DNA from: Okamejei kenojei
Taxonomy: Eukaryota
Direction of reading: 5' to 3'
Length of the DNA: 64,000 bases
NCBI GenBank assembly: GCA_035221665.1
Contig: CM069144.1
Coordinates: 56,234,001-56,298,000 of the forward strand
The notes beneath the pieces were generated by a model. The model was not told the origin of the DNA and ran no database searches. It saw only the letters and a program-made list of their open reading frames with translations. Below, piece after piece: positions 1 to 13,124 of this stretch (within the stretch, counting starts at the first letter, position 1; each line of letters starts with the position of its first letter). The translations under genes and the position numbers were made by a program.

Positions 1-1074
1 CATTTGATCCCATTTTTGCACCTTCAAGAGATTAAACCCGAGTTAATCACATTTTTGTTTGCACTGTAAAGCTATCCAATGATATCACAATTGATTTTTA
101 TTTGTTCACTGGCAAATAATGATCTTACAAATTGTCTGGCAATCCAGCTGTACAGAGTGGAGTTATATTGTTCAAGAGTTGTGTTGTATTACCTGCTCTC
201 TTCAACTTCACCCATAGTCATTTATTTAAAAGGCCCACACACGCACACTCAGTATATCCCTCTGCTGGGCCTGTTCTCAGCAACTGTCTCTTATTACAGC
301 ATCCTGCCTTAGCTAAAGAGAAAAAAAATCCTTAACTACAATAAAACAAAAAAAGTAATTATTAGCTTGTTGGAAAAAAGGTGAAGCCACTGAATAGAAG
401 CCACATGGATGTATGGGCCAAACAAATTCAAAATAGAACTTAATTTGTTTTAATAAGCAACAAATATGCAGCCCCTGAGTACTGCCTAATTACTGTGTTC
501 TCCGAAAATTACTTCACAAAGCACGCTGGCATCAGATGGACCTGATACTACAAAGTGGTTTGTGGTTTGTGGTGTGATCACAGCATTTGAAGTGATGAAA
601 AGCTTGTCAGGTGGTAATGCATGGAACATTTAGAAATTAGAGAGCGGAGGTAAAAGGGGAGAAGCTCGGCTGAAACAATGAAGTGTGAAACTGAAAGACT
701 GCACGGAGCTGAGTGCTTGCTAGCTTTCCTATATTATCCCCACATGTGGCTCTGGCAAACCACGCATTGACTGCACTCTGCGGAGCTTGATAGACACTGA
801 GATGTCTGAGTTGCCAAAATGCACAGCAGTGCAAAGGGAAATTATTTTTAGAATTGCTTTGAATTCCTGATTATTTTTAATGTTTACGATTCAGCGTCTA
901 ATAGTTAATGGGACCTCATTAACTAAAGCAGGCCACCTTTCCTGATCATAAAAGTGAAGCTGTCTTTTCAATGTGTTGGTATTTACCAGTTGACCCTCTC
1001 GTAATGTGAGGAATGGAACGGCTGATATTGGGATTGCCTGGTGTTAATTAACCCGCCATTGGGTCCACAATGGA

Positions 1075-1725
1075 GAGATAAAGCATGGAAATTGGCCCCG
1101 GACCACCAAGTCTGTGCAGGCTATAAAGCATCCCCATGGATTAAAGCAAGTGGATGCTTGTAATCCCAGTATTAGTCGTCCAATTCCCATTCTCCCCGTA
1201 TTTCCATCAGTTGCCACCCTCCCCTCACTCTGCCAGGTTCTATCACATATCTACACAATCAGGGGGTGATTGACAGTGGTCGCACCTTAGAAAGATGAGG
1301 AGGAATTTCTTCAGTCAGAGGGTGGTGAATCTGTTGAATTCATTGCCACAGACGGCTGCGGAGGCCAAGTCATTAGGTGTTTTTAAGGCGGAGATTGGCA
1401 GATTCTTGATTAGTAAGGGTGTCAAGGTAGATGGGGAGAAGGCAGGAGAATGGAGTTGAGAAAGAAAGATAGATCAGCCATGAATGAACGGCGGAGTGGA
1501 CTCGATGGGCCGATGGGACTTATCCTGAATAAGTCAGGAGCCTGCTCCTATGACTTATTATGAACTTACCGATCCTCGTATCTTGGGGATGTGTTAGGAC
1601 GCCTGGGCAACCAGAGGATACCAATGCAGGGAAGAATGTGCAAACTCCACATAATGATGAGAGTTGAACCCTGGTTCACTAGAGTTGTCAAGCTTCAACT
1701 CTACTAGTTGCACGTCTGTGCCACC
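1075..1725 (-). mobile_element. Degenerate V-SINE interrupted by a + strand CR1 3' fragment (~1283-1567)
   Basis: SINE tail, core and head remnants flank the CR1 motif agatgaggaggaatttcttcagtcagagggtggtgaatctg. Confidence 0.65.
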
Positions 1726-1944
1726 CATGGAGAATGTGTTAGAATTAGAAATAGGGTCACACAGCATATGTGGAAGTCTGCTTCAGGTAGAAGACCCTTC
1801 ATTAGGTCACAGGCAGCAAGGTGTGTTATAAAATGAAACAAATATATTGACATGCTTAGCGTGCTCCTAGAAACATCTTTGCATTAAATTATTTATTTCA
1901 ACCATGGTCCCTTTGGCTTATTGAAGTTTTCATTGAACAAAAAT

Positions 1945-2075
1945 AGATGCTTTATATCGCACCATTCATGGACTCAAGCCACTCCAAAGCGTTTTACAAC
2001 TTGTGGAATTCTTTTGAATTGGGGCCATTGTTGTAAAGTAGGAAATGCAGCAGTAAGTTAGCACAGCAATGTTGG
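1945..2075 (-). mobile_element. Ancient DeuSINE (SacSINE1/AmnSINE1-like) 3' remnant
   Basis: tttatatcgcacc...ccaaagcgttttaca...cattgttgtaaagtaggaaatgcagcag...gcacagcaa resembles the reverse complement of the recalled consensus tail. Confidence 0.55.
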
Positions 2076-2409
2076 GAAGGTAGGAGTTCCATCCTTTTAG
2101 TCATCGTGCTTTTAATTGCAATCTTTACTTTTTTATGTCTCTCAAACCATTGTATTTTCTGGGGATAGTGCAGGCAGAAAATGGGTGTTGGTTGTGAGCA
2201 ATATCAATATTAGTACCAAGTACACACAGGTGACTAGTTATACAATTGGGCGCAGATTGTACCCACTTTGAATCTGACCTCGTAGTCTGCCCTAGTACTC
2301 ATTGAAAAAGATAGCTGTATTCTGTACCAGGTTAGTAATCAACCTTCAGAACTACTTTGTTCTTCCTTTGTTTCGAAAATATTTTAAAAATCACTTTTGA
2401 TTGATTGCG

Positions 2410-3008
2410 TGAGACAGCATAGAAACAGGCCCCTCTGCCCCAGGAGTCCACTCTGACTATCGATCAGCCATTCATGTTAGTTCTATGTTGTCCCACTTTC
2501 GCATCCATTCCCTACTCACTAGGGGCAATTTTACAGAGGCCAATTAACCTACCACCTAACTGAGGAAAAACTTCACCCAGAGAGTTGAGGAAAAACATTT
2601 TCACCCAGAGAGTTGTGAATCTGTGGAATTCTCTGCCACAGATGTCAGTGAAGGCCAATTCACTGGATGTTTTCAAGAGAGAGTTCGATATAGTTCTTGG
2701 GGCTAACAGAATCAAGGGATATGGAGAGAAAGCAGGAATGGGGTACTAATTTTGAATGCTCAGCCATGGTCATATTGAATGGCGGTGAAGAGCCGAATGG
2801 CCTACTCCTGCACCTATTTTCAATGTTTCTCTTTCTATGTTTACAAACCTGCAAGTCTTTGGAATATGGGAGGAAACTGGAGCACCTGGACAAATCCCAT
2901 ACAGTTACATGGAGAACATGTGCAAAATTCACACAAACACCACCCTAGGTCAGCATTGAACCCAAGTCTTTGGCACTGTGAAGGCAGCAGCTTTATCAGC
3001 TGTGCCAC
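2410..3008 (-). mobile_element. V-SINE interrupted by a + strand CR1 3' end (~2560-2840)
   Basis: SINE breaks at caattaacctac and resumes at acaaacctgc; the insert has cacccagagagttgtgaatctgtggaattc and an atgtttct-type tail. Confidence 0.8.
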
Positions 3009-3674
3009 TCTATATATTAAAATATATGTATTGATATTAGTAGGGTCTTAATCACAACGGCAGAGTTCTTTGGTTGCCATTGTTTTTTTGAGAAATATAC
3101 ATTTTAAAAAGAGATTTTGTTTTTAAATGCACTTCAAACTTCTTTAATTGATTAAATGCATCTATAAAGGGCACTGCATCTGAAAGGATGGTTCCAGTTC
3201 TGGATTATCAACTGACATTTGAACTCCTGAGTTAATAGAGGGGAGGTAAATCATTTCTGCAGATATATTTTCTATAATGTGTTGATCGGTACAATTATTT
3301 CACAGTGGTTTGTTTCAATTGATCGTGGAGAAGGTTTCTGGTGCATTATGTGATAAATAGGAACATTTTCTAAGTATCGTACTTTTAATTCAAGAACGAC
3401 TATTTGGAGATGAGAACAAAGATAACATTTATGTTATTCTATGAACACCCATTGTGCTTTTAGTGAATTCATAACTGCCGTGCTAATATTGAAAAAGTTA
3501 TCGAAACTTGTAGAGGATTTTAATGTCACCCATTTGGAGTGCAAGTATGCTAATTCCTGGCTATATTGTTATATTTCAATTAAATGAATTTTGACATCAT
3601 TTATGGCTTGTATAATCAGGAATTATCATGATGCACTTTCTCTGATTGTGCTAGGATTTGAAGAGTTAGACAGA

Positions 3675-4020
3675 CAGAGAGACAGCAGAGAAATCGGCCC
3701 TATGGCCCATTGAGTCCACTCTGACCATCAACCACCCATTTACATGGATCCTACAATAATCCCATTTTTTATTCTCCCCAGATTTTTATCAGCTCCCCTT
3801 GGATTCTGCCACTCATATCCACACTAGGGGAAACTTACAGTGGCCAATTCACCCCCCAACGCACACACCTTTGGGAGGTGAGAGGAAACCGGAGCACCCA
3901 GAGGAAACCTATGGAGCCACAGGGCGAAAGTGTGATCTCCACGCAGACAGGACCCAAGGTCAGGATTGAACCTGGGTCTCTGGCGCTGTAGGCAGCAGCC
4001 CTAACAGCTACCCTACTGTG
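3675..4020 (-). mobile_element. V-SINE (HE1-like)
   Basis: tRNA-like head with B-box (ggttcaatcc), V core and LINE-derived tail on the minus strand. Confidence 0.8.
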
Positions 4021-5124
4021 AAGGGGCAAATGAACACAACAAGTAAATGTAGGAGCAGATCATGTGGCATTTGCCTCTGCTCCATCATTCAGTAGCATCC
4101 TGGTTGACCCTGTACTCAAGTCCACTTTGCTGTCTGTTCACCACACCTTCTGAACCCTTCAGCATTCAGGCACCTTGGCACCTTTTACTATATCCCACAC
4201 ACATTTTACAAAAGCATGTAACTGTTGATCCACAAAGCAAGGTAGTCAGTGCAAAGAGAAGATATTCTTGAGCATTCAACCAGAACAGTTATCACTTTAT
4301 TCCAAGATAAACTAATGAAATAAAGTTTCCTGTAACGTTGGGCTGACAATATAGAGAGGTGACAAGTGGGGGAACTGCATCCGATAAATATGCTTTGTTA
4401 TTAGCTGTTAGTGCAAACTCGTGATATCTCAACTGGTTCATCAACTACTCCCCACCCACGCTCCCCACCCCCCACTCCCAATCTGGACTGTTCATGAGTC
4501 CAACCATCCTCCACAGACTGACAGAATCATCGGACGCAGATGTTCATGGAGATATCTCGAGCAGGCTCAGTGGTTAATGTTCTCTCCAAAACACAAGGAC
4601 ATCAGAGCAGTCAGCTAAGTGCTTCCTCTAGGAAATAAGAAACTGCTGAAGAAACTCAGTGTGGCAGGCAGCGTCTGTGGAGGGAAATGGACAGATGACA
4701 TTTCACGTCAGGCCACTTCTTCAGATTCCAGACTTTACTCTGAAGTCTGAAGTCTGAGGAAACCGGTATTAAATTTAATTTTATCATTGACCGCTCACAA
4801 CAAACCTGTTAAATGGTTGTCTCCATTTATTCCAACGTTGCGCGTGTGAGCCAGCACAGGGCATCAACAAGAATGTGTTGATTCCTTTTTGTGTGTAAAA
4901 TCTAAGACAATGACATTTGCAAGCTGGGGAAGATGAATAATCGTTATTTCCCTTAATAATTTGACAGAAGTTAGATCGGCAAGGTTTCTATAACAGGTGA
5001 ATCAAGCGAAATAACAGTTTCATCCTCAGTCAATGTTTAGTCCTAAATCTATTCCCAAATAGGGTTTTGACGGGATAAATATCGGGGTGATGATTCCCCT
5101 GGTGGGTATCTAGAATTAGGGTTC

Positions 5125-5432
5125 AGTCTTTAGAGTTTAGGAATACTGTACAGAAACAGGGGGTACGGCACACTGAGTTCATGCCGGCTAGTGATCACCC
5201 CATACACTGCCACTATCCTAGACACTACGGACAATTTACAATTCTAGAAGCCAAATTAACCTACAAACTGTACGGCTTTGGAGTTTGGGAAGAAACCAGA
5301 GCAACCGGAAAAGCCCCACATGGTCAGAGGGTGGACGTTTAAACTCCGTGTAGACAGCTCCTGTAGTCAGGATCGTACCCAGGTCTCTGGTGCTGTAAGC
5401 CAGCTCCCTTACAACTGTGTCACTGTGCCACC
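5125..5432 (-). mobile_element. V-SINE inserted in an older + strand CR1 fragment (~5075-5590)
   Basis: Same architecture as other copies; CR1 resumes at actgagatgagaatacatttctttgcccagagag. Confidence 0.8.
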
Positions 5433-8400
5433 CTCAGTTATACATACTGTAACTGAGATGAGAATACATTTCTTTGCCCAGAGAGTAGAGAGTCATTGTA
5501 ATCAAAGAAGCGTTGGCAGGCTCAATGCAGATTTTATTCAAGGCTGAGATCTGTAAACTTTAGAATATCAATTAATATGGGGTCAGGTGAAAAATTCTGA
5601 GATAAAAGTCATAATTAATACTAGATATGGACCGGAACAAACTTCTTCATTTACTTATAGTCAATGACCTTTTTTTCCAAAGAGCTAAAACCCTAATATG
5701 CACATTTTTATTTAAAACAATTATTTTTCTAAATATCTGTGCCTGACATTAAGCAAGTGTGGTTGGAGGTTAGATAATTAGTTAGATCATTTTTATCCTT
5801 GCCTCAGTTATATTATATACTCCGAGAAAGTAAGCAAGTCTAAAATTGGAATAAACAAGCCCTCTGACCAAACTTTCTTCTAATTGTCAGTTAACGTAAT
5901 TTTTAAAAAGAGCTCTTTAACTTATGTTGACCAGGCTGACCAAGTTGGCATTCTGGACGAGTCCCATTTGCCTGCCTTTGATTCATAGCCCTCTAAACCC
6001 TTCCTAGCCAGATATCTGTGGTTATGTCTTTTGAAAGTGGAAATTATTCCCTCTTTTAAATCCATTGATGCCAACGAGATCATAACTTTCCCTATGCATG
6101 CGTATCATGGTTAGAAATGCATCAGAGTGCAGAAGCCTTGAAGAAATGGTGGGGTGTGCTCAGCAAGCCAACAGATACCAAGAAGCAGTGAAACGTATTA
6201 GGTCTATGTAGCATGAACCTTCACTGTAAATGGATTGTATCATCTAATTCTTATGCCTGGTGAAGCTAAATTGATTGTCCTGAACTTTGCTGGCAGCAGC
6301 TGCCCTCTGTACTCTGCGGATTGGCATTGATTTATCCACATCAGGGCAGGCGGTATAGCTGAACTGCTGCACGACCTTGAAGGGATATGGACCAAAAGTG
6401 GGCAAATTGGACTTGTTTAGATGGGGCATCTTGGTTGGCATGGACAATTTGGGGCGAAGGGCCTGTTCTGTGCAGTGGATCAAAATGTTGCACCTCATAA
6501 AATAGAATATTATATCTAGGGATACATTTTTAGTTAAAGTCATTAGAACCTGCAAAGTTGCATTAAAGTTTGTATAATCTCTTCATGTTTAAAATAACCC
6601 TGTGAGATAAAATTATTTTAGACTGAAAGTTGCAGTTGCACTTTAAATGCTAGATAAATGCACAAAATACACATCCAACTTTCTATCAAAGGTGGGAGCT
6701 TTCCCCAAATAGGTCAGAAAGTGCTGGAGTAACAACAGGTCAGGCAGCATCTCCTGGAGAACATTGATATGTGACATTTTGGGTCAATATCCTTCTTCGG
6801 ACTGATTGCAGTCGGGGGAGAGAAAGCTGGAAGAGAGGAAGGGGCAGAATTTTCCCCAGTCACAGCAAATCAATATATTGTGTAGGAAGGAACTGCAGAT
6901 GCTGGTTTACACCGAAGAAAGGCACAAAATGCTGGAGTAACTCAGTGGGACAGGCAGCAATATATTGTATGCAAGTAGCATTAATATTCTATTTAAAATA
7001 ATTTCTAAAAGGAAATATTAGTGCTGGATGCATACGATTTATTTTGAATTTAAAGCATCAAAGTGTGCATTTAAAAAAAACCTCTAGTTATGACAACCCT
7101 GGTTTCAGTCTCACCTAATGGTGTGGATTCACACATTATAAGCTACATATAATCTTTTAAATTATCAGCTTACCTTTGCTGAAATCAGCTTTTCCCTGTT
7201 GATGAACTTTGCAAGTCGTGTGGGTATTTAGCTTGAACAAACAGCGAGCCAAAGGGAAATTAAGGTTACATAACGGAATTGTTTATTAATAGTTTTCCCA
7301 GCAGATAGGAAGTAAAGCTTTAATTGAAGGTACATAACATGTTGCAACATATTTTGGTGTAGCATTGGCATCATTAAAGCACTTTAGTGTTTTCTATTTA
7401 TCGTTCGGTGCTTACTGTGAATGGCTGAGGTTAGAGAAACGTTCACATGCAGGAAGGTTACCCTCAGGAACAGTAAGAGGGGAAATCAAGGACGTGATTG
7501 TAGGACCATGGGAACTAAGAGTGCAGGATGGGATACATTCAATTCAGCTTCCTTCTTTTCTGCTTAAAATAGCAACTGGATCATTGTATTGTGATAATTT
7601 GTCAGTCTTTTACAAATGTTAAAAAAAAGTTGTTGACAAATGATTCAGAACACTCAATGCCCATTGTTTTCCTTCTTTGATGTGCAAAGGATGAGTATGA
7701 CTACAGCAACAATTCGTTATTAACAAGTGCAGATCCCAGATACCATCGGAGGCTCCAGGATTCTGAGAAGAATAACATCTGGTTCCATTCAAAAACTGTG
7801 CTTTACTGCATAATGGGAATTCAGAGCAAAGTTCTGCTGTAACTGTTCCAATTTGTGAGTTTCACATGCATTCACAGTCATTGCCTTATATATAACTTTT
7901 CTAGGGCAACGGCATTAGGTGAAAACAAACTGCTGGAGAAACACAGCGGGTGAAACAGCATCAGTGAAGGGAAAGGACAGACTAAGTTTTGGGTCAGGAC
8001 CCTTCTTCAAGAGTACATTCCCTCCACAGATGCTACCTGACCTGCTGAGTTCCTCCAGCAGTTTGTTTTTAGATCCAGATTCCAGCATCTGCAAGCCCTT
8101 GGTTCAGCAATAGAGCCATACAGCATGGAAAGAGGCCCTTCGGACCAACTCGTCCATGCTGACCAAGCTAGTCTCATTTGCCCACGTTTGGCCCAGAGCC
8201 CTCTTAACCATTAATTGAAATCTCGATCGTACTGTTAGATTTAATAACCTGCATGCTGATGTAATCAACCCAAACGGGATCTGCACAAGAATACCAATAA
8301 GTGACTCCAACAGACCCGACTGCATATAGTTCACTGCTGCAATGATACAACTATGACACTGCTGATGCATATGAATACAGGCTTATACTGAGTGAAAAGG

Positions 8401-8549
8401 GAGTTCCTAGTCAATTATAACAGATAGTTTGATCTTTGAAGATACACACTGGAAACGGGTTAAAGTCCTGCGGTTAGGGGTGCAGGGAATTAAGGTGGTG
8501 CAGTGGATGAGATCTTGCTACTTAAGGACAGGGTTCCAAATGCCCGATG

Positions 8550-8850
8550 GTACATGACAACATTTTGTCTACCTTTTAAGTGAGGCATTGAAAAGATTTT
8601 CTGACTGTCAACATAGATGGATATGAAAAGTACTGCAGTGTTGTAGGGAAGAGGGTGTGTCTCTAGACTTATTTATACATCTCATTCATTATTGCTAATG
8701 TACATTACCAGCACAATCTCACATTGCTGTTTATGGGAGCCTGCTTGGTGCAAAATGGTTGCCATATTTCTACATTACATTTTGTGTTGACCTAAAGCTG
8801 TGTTTTGGGTTGACCCAAGGCTGTGTAAATGCATGTGTCTATTTTTTAAA
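8550..8850 (+). mobile_element. Ancient DeuSINE (SacSINE1/AmnSINE1-like) remnant
   Basis: tcacattgctgtttatgggagcctgcttggtgcaaaatggttgccatatttctacattaca is close to the recalled consensus cacattgctgtttgtgggatcttgctgtgcgcaaattggctgcc...cctacattaca. Confidence 0.6.
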
Positions 8851-9036
8851 CCCAATTACAATGGTCATCTGTGTGCTTGCTCTCAGATCTATCTGAAATA
8901 AATTTGTTATTTTGGTTCAGTTCCCAGTGGGTATAGATTTAGAGGATAAAATTTGGCATTTAAGTTGAATTCCTTTAAACTAAACTACTTATCTGCCTTG
9001 AAGACGACAACATCCATCAAACAGATTGCTACGGCA

Positions 9037-9225
9037 GAAAGACACAAAATGCTGGAGTAACTCAGCGGGACAGGCAGCATCTCTGGAGACAAGGAATGGG
9101 TGACGTTTCGGGTCGAGACGTCTCAGCCTGAAACGTCACCCATTCCTTCTCTCCAGAGATGCTGCCTGTTACTGCCGCACTTTGTGTCTATCTTCGGTGT
9201 AAACCAGCATCTGTAGTTCCTTCCT
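9037..9225. mobile_element. Palindromic Penelope-derived non-autonomous element
   Basis: Arms caggcagcatctctggagacaaggaatgggtgacgtttc / gaaacgtcacccattccttctctccagagatgctgcctg are near-perfect reverse complements. Confidence 0.8.
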
Positions 9226-9755
9226 CCATATTGCTAAAGCAGATTACCCTTCATCTGTCTCTTCTGCACCTGACATTGATAGACTTGATACGGGCATCAA
9301 ATATTTGAAGTGAAAGTGCTTCATTGTCTATTTACAACTTCACATACAACCCACAGTAATAACACCCATATCAATCAATATTTTTGCCCCAAATCCTAGT
9401 TATTCTGCCTACATGAGCCACACATCCAACATTTTAATGGTGCAGCAATATTACTAGAGGCCTACACAGCAGATAAAAGGAGCAAATCCATGTTACAGTA
9501 ATGACCTTCAGTAAAACAATGTGCTTCAATTATGTGCCCGATGTTTCGTTTTGGGATGAACTTCGCTTTGTATAGATTTTGGCAGATCTATCATGCCAAT
9601 GGGGAAAGGTCATGGGGGGGACTATTACATATGTTTCATTGAATTGCTCGCACCTCCTACAGGTAGTCTTTGTGTAGGGGTCGCCCAAACTAGATCACTG
9701 CTCCAGCCATAGAGGTACGTGGTGGTTGACATGTTTCCGTTTTCTCGAACCGCAG

Positions 9756-11100
9756 GTGAAGTTTGTCACAAATCATACACGCAGTTTTCAAACCTGTGCC
9801 GCCATAAAAGGATGCATGCAGACTGCCGAACGCAAATCAAATGCAAGGACTGCGGTCAGATGTTCAGCACAACCTCGTCGTTGAACAAGCACAGACGATT
9901 CTGTGAGGGGAAGAACCATTTCACCACGGGAGGTTTATTTGGCCAAGGCATTGCCCTAACGAATGCTCCCACTCTGGAGAAGTCCAGTCTGGTTAACTTG
10001 AATCACAGCAACCCTGGCCTTGCTGACTATTTTGGTGCCAACAGGCACGGGGCTGGACTAACCTTCCCGGCAGCCCCAGGCTTTCCGTTTAGTTTCCCAG
10101 GCCTGTTTCCCTCAGGCCTTTACCACAGGCCTCAGTTGATACCTGCTAGCTCGCCGTTGAAAGGTTTGTCAGAACAGAGCACCAAACACCAAAGCCAGGT
10201 GCTGTCACCATCCCAGGCACTGCCGTGCACACCAGACGCATTGAAGGCCGCGAACCGGCAGTCGTCTTCGGACGGCGATCGACCAGTGGAGGTTGCCACT
10301 TCTGGAGAGAAGCCCCGGAGTAAAACCAGTGACCAGTCAGAAAGCAGTGACCTGGATGACGTCAGTACCCCCAGCGGCAGCGACTTGGAGACAACCTCCG
10401 GATCGGACCTGGAGAGCGACGTTGAAAGTGACAAGGAGAAGAATAAAGAAAATGGCAACGCTGCGGAGGAGAAAGCAAATAGCCCCCAGAAAGTAGTCCC
10501 TCCGAACAGCAACAAGAGAGAATTTTCCAACCACTCGCTTTTTTCCCCTCCACTGGATGAACAGATTGCAGTGACAGGAGCTGTTAATGACTCCATCAAG
10601 GCTATTGCTTCCATTGCTGAGAAGTACTTTGGTTCTACTGGACTTGTCGGTATACAAGACAAAAAAGTAGGGCCTTTGCCGTACCCGTCCATGTTCCCTT
10701 TTCAATTTTTCCCCGCATTCTCTCAACCGATGTATCCATTCCCCGATAGAGACTTAAGTGCCGTACCCTTAAAAATAGAGCCCCAGTCACCCAGTGAGCT
10801 GAAGAAGCTGAGGGGGGCAAATTCCGAGTCACCCTTTGACCTCACAACCAAACGCAAGGAGGAGAAGCCAGTGCCACCCGTGACCTTAAAGCCACTGACT
10901 TCTCACCATGCAAGTGAAGAACAGCCACTGGACCTGAGTATGAGCAGCAGAAGCCGGGCCAATGCAAGCACCCTGGTGGCGCCCCGAAAGAACCATGTGT
11001 TTGGGGAGAGGAGGGGCTCCAGTATCGAGCAAGCCAAGAGCTCTGACCATTCACTGCAACATGCCAAACCAACCCCTTTCTTCATGGATCCTATATACAG
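9756..11100 (+). CDS. MECOM: MECOM/EVI1 large exon: ZF6, ZF7, Ser/acidic tract and CtBP-binding repressor domain
   Basis: Acceptor cgcag|gt at 9755/9756 and donor tacag|gtaaga at 11100/11101. Translation [20 protein letters not shown]...[21 protein letters not shown]...[13 protein letters not shown]...PFDLT...PLDLS...[10 protein letters not shown] matches recalled EVI1 better than PRDM16. Confidence 0.97.
10832..10939 (+). other. CtBP-binding motifs PFDLT (10832-10846) and PLDLS (10925-10939)
   Basis: Read directly from the translation; established EVI1/PRDM16 corepressor motifs. Confidence 0.9.
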
Positions 11101-11661
11101 GTAAGACAATATGTTGCTTTTGCTGTGGCATTTATTCTAGAATTAAAAGCACATGCACAAAACTATTAAGAATTGTTGCCATATACCTCAAAGTAATATA
11201 AGGCAATTATGTCCTTCAAAACTATGCACCATCTTAATTGTCAGCATTCACATCTTGTAACTTATTGACAAGAATATCATAGTGAAACTGTTCTCTGCTT
11301 TGCCTAATGTTATGCTTTGTCTGGTTTACACAATAAATGCCGTAAACTGTAATAGGAGCTAGCCACACCTGATAAATTATATTATTGCTATCAATTAATG
11401 AAATTGCACATCTTCAGTTACCCATAAACTGATACGTGTTAAGCCGTCTGCAATCTTGCTTTCATTTTAAGAGATGCATATCTAAGAATTTGCTGGTTTA
11501 TGATTGAGTGGCTGTAGACATTTTTAAATTTCTCATTTTAAAACATAGGTTGTTCCCACAATTATTTTTTATATATTGCTTATATACTATAGTAGCATGC
11601 AACAAATCAAACTATTCTCTACTTCTGATGATGCAGCCACATTTAAACCAAAAGGACCTTT

Positions 11662-11961
11662 AGTGTAGTTTAGAAATACAGCATGGAAACAGGCTCTCCG
11701 ACCCACCAAGTCCATGCCACCCGGTGATCCCTGTGCACTGGCACTATCCTACACCCCAGGGACAATTTACAATCTTTACTGAAGCTAATTAACCTACACA
11801 CCTGCATGTGTTTGCAATGTGGGAAGTAACCAGAGCACCTGGGGAAAACCCACACAGGTCACAGGGAGAATGCACAAGCTCCGTACAAACAGCACCCATG
11901 GTCAGGATCGAGCCCGGGTCTTTGGCGCTGTTAGACCGCAACTCTACCGGTGTGCCACCGT
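11662..11961 (-). mobile_element. V-SINE, near full length
   Basis: Head cacggtggcacaccggtagagttgc...cccgggctcgatcc, V core and taaac-type tail on the minus strand. Confidence 0.85.
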
Positions 11962-12273
11962 GTCTTACCAAAATTGCATCTGCAATTAACGTTATCTTAT
12001 TGTCTTGTGCGTGTGATAGGCTTACCACTTGTAGGAGGTAACTGTACCCGAATGGTTGGCTACAAATTGTCTACAATGGAGACGCCAAAAGGATCCCAAG
12101 AGCAGCAAATATTCATACATATTGGGTGGGATTAAACATTAAATTTGTCTGACACTAACTGGTTCGTTTGGGACGTAAATTGAAAGAAAAAAAGTTGTCT
12201 TTTTAGTTTTCGCAATGCTTTCTCCAACCAAGATTAATTTTTATCAATTTTGTGAACAATTTTGTCAAAGTAG

Positions 12274-12361
12274 AGTGGAAAAAAGGAAACTAGCTGACCC
12301 AGTTGAAGGACTAAAAGAGAAGTACATGAAGCCTGCTCCCAGTTTCCTATTCCATCCACAG
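12274..12361 (+). CDS. MECOM: MECOM exon (R)[29 protein letters not shown]
   Basis: Tandem acceptor aag/tag (12268-12273), donor cag|gtaaat; 88 nt, phase 2 to 0, continuing the upstream frame. Confidence 0.95.
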
Positions 12362-13124
12362 GTAAATGGATTTCCCTGTTCATTGGCCCCATTTTGAGAA
12401 ATGTTAATACAGTGTTATATCAGACTCGACCGGTTGGATTACCGTACCCAAACTGCATCGTGTGTTTGTGTTTGTAGCATATAAGAATGTCAAGAAACAG
12501 TTTGTCATTAGTTCATGTTACAGTGCTGTATCCTCAGCAGCACAATATGTTTGTTATATGTAGGGCTAGTAAACCAAGTCATTATTTATTGTGTGCTAGA
12601 GTTATTGTGCTGCAGTTACACAGTGTATTTTTGTACAATTACATAGGGATACAAATCCAGGTAGGTCAATGGATAATTGTGTTTTATATATACATTTTAA
12701 ACTCCATGCATTAATTTATTTTAATTGTAGAAATATGAAACCTGGAATGATTGTACTACTAATAATATACAGATGGTTTATAACAAGCCACACCTCATTT
12801 TACTGTTTATTTCATGTAAGAGTTTCATACCCATTAGCCCACTTTGTTTTTATTAAAACCATCAGAACAGCACCTTGTCTATTAAATGCAGGCATAATAT
12901 TTCCAGCAGCATGTTATTTTATTTAGTGTGGTTCTCCATTATTTATCATACTTAAGTATTGTATACAATGCAACAGTCTGTTATTATACATTCATGTAGG
13001 TATAGTACATTGCACCATTGACAATGGAAGTTTACAATACAAAGCAGGTTAATCTTACAATCAATCCCAGCCCAACAAGCACCTGTCCATTCTTTCCGCA
13101 GATGCTGCCTGACTCATTGAGTTA

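Noticed and set aside
9719-9755. ORF-track start [12 protein letters not shown]
   Set aside because: Intronic pyrimidine tract; similarity to EVI1 begins at the acceptor at 9756.
10132-11109. Antisense and alternate-frame ORFs (186, 129, 76, 68 aa) over the large exon
   Set aside because: Shadows of a GC-richer coding exon; no recognisable domain or splice structure.
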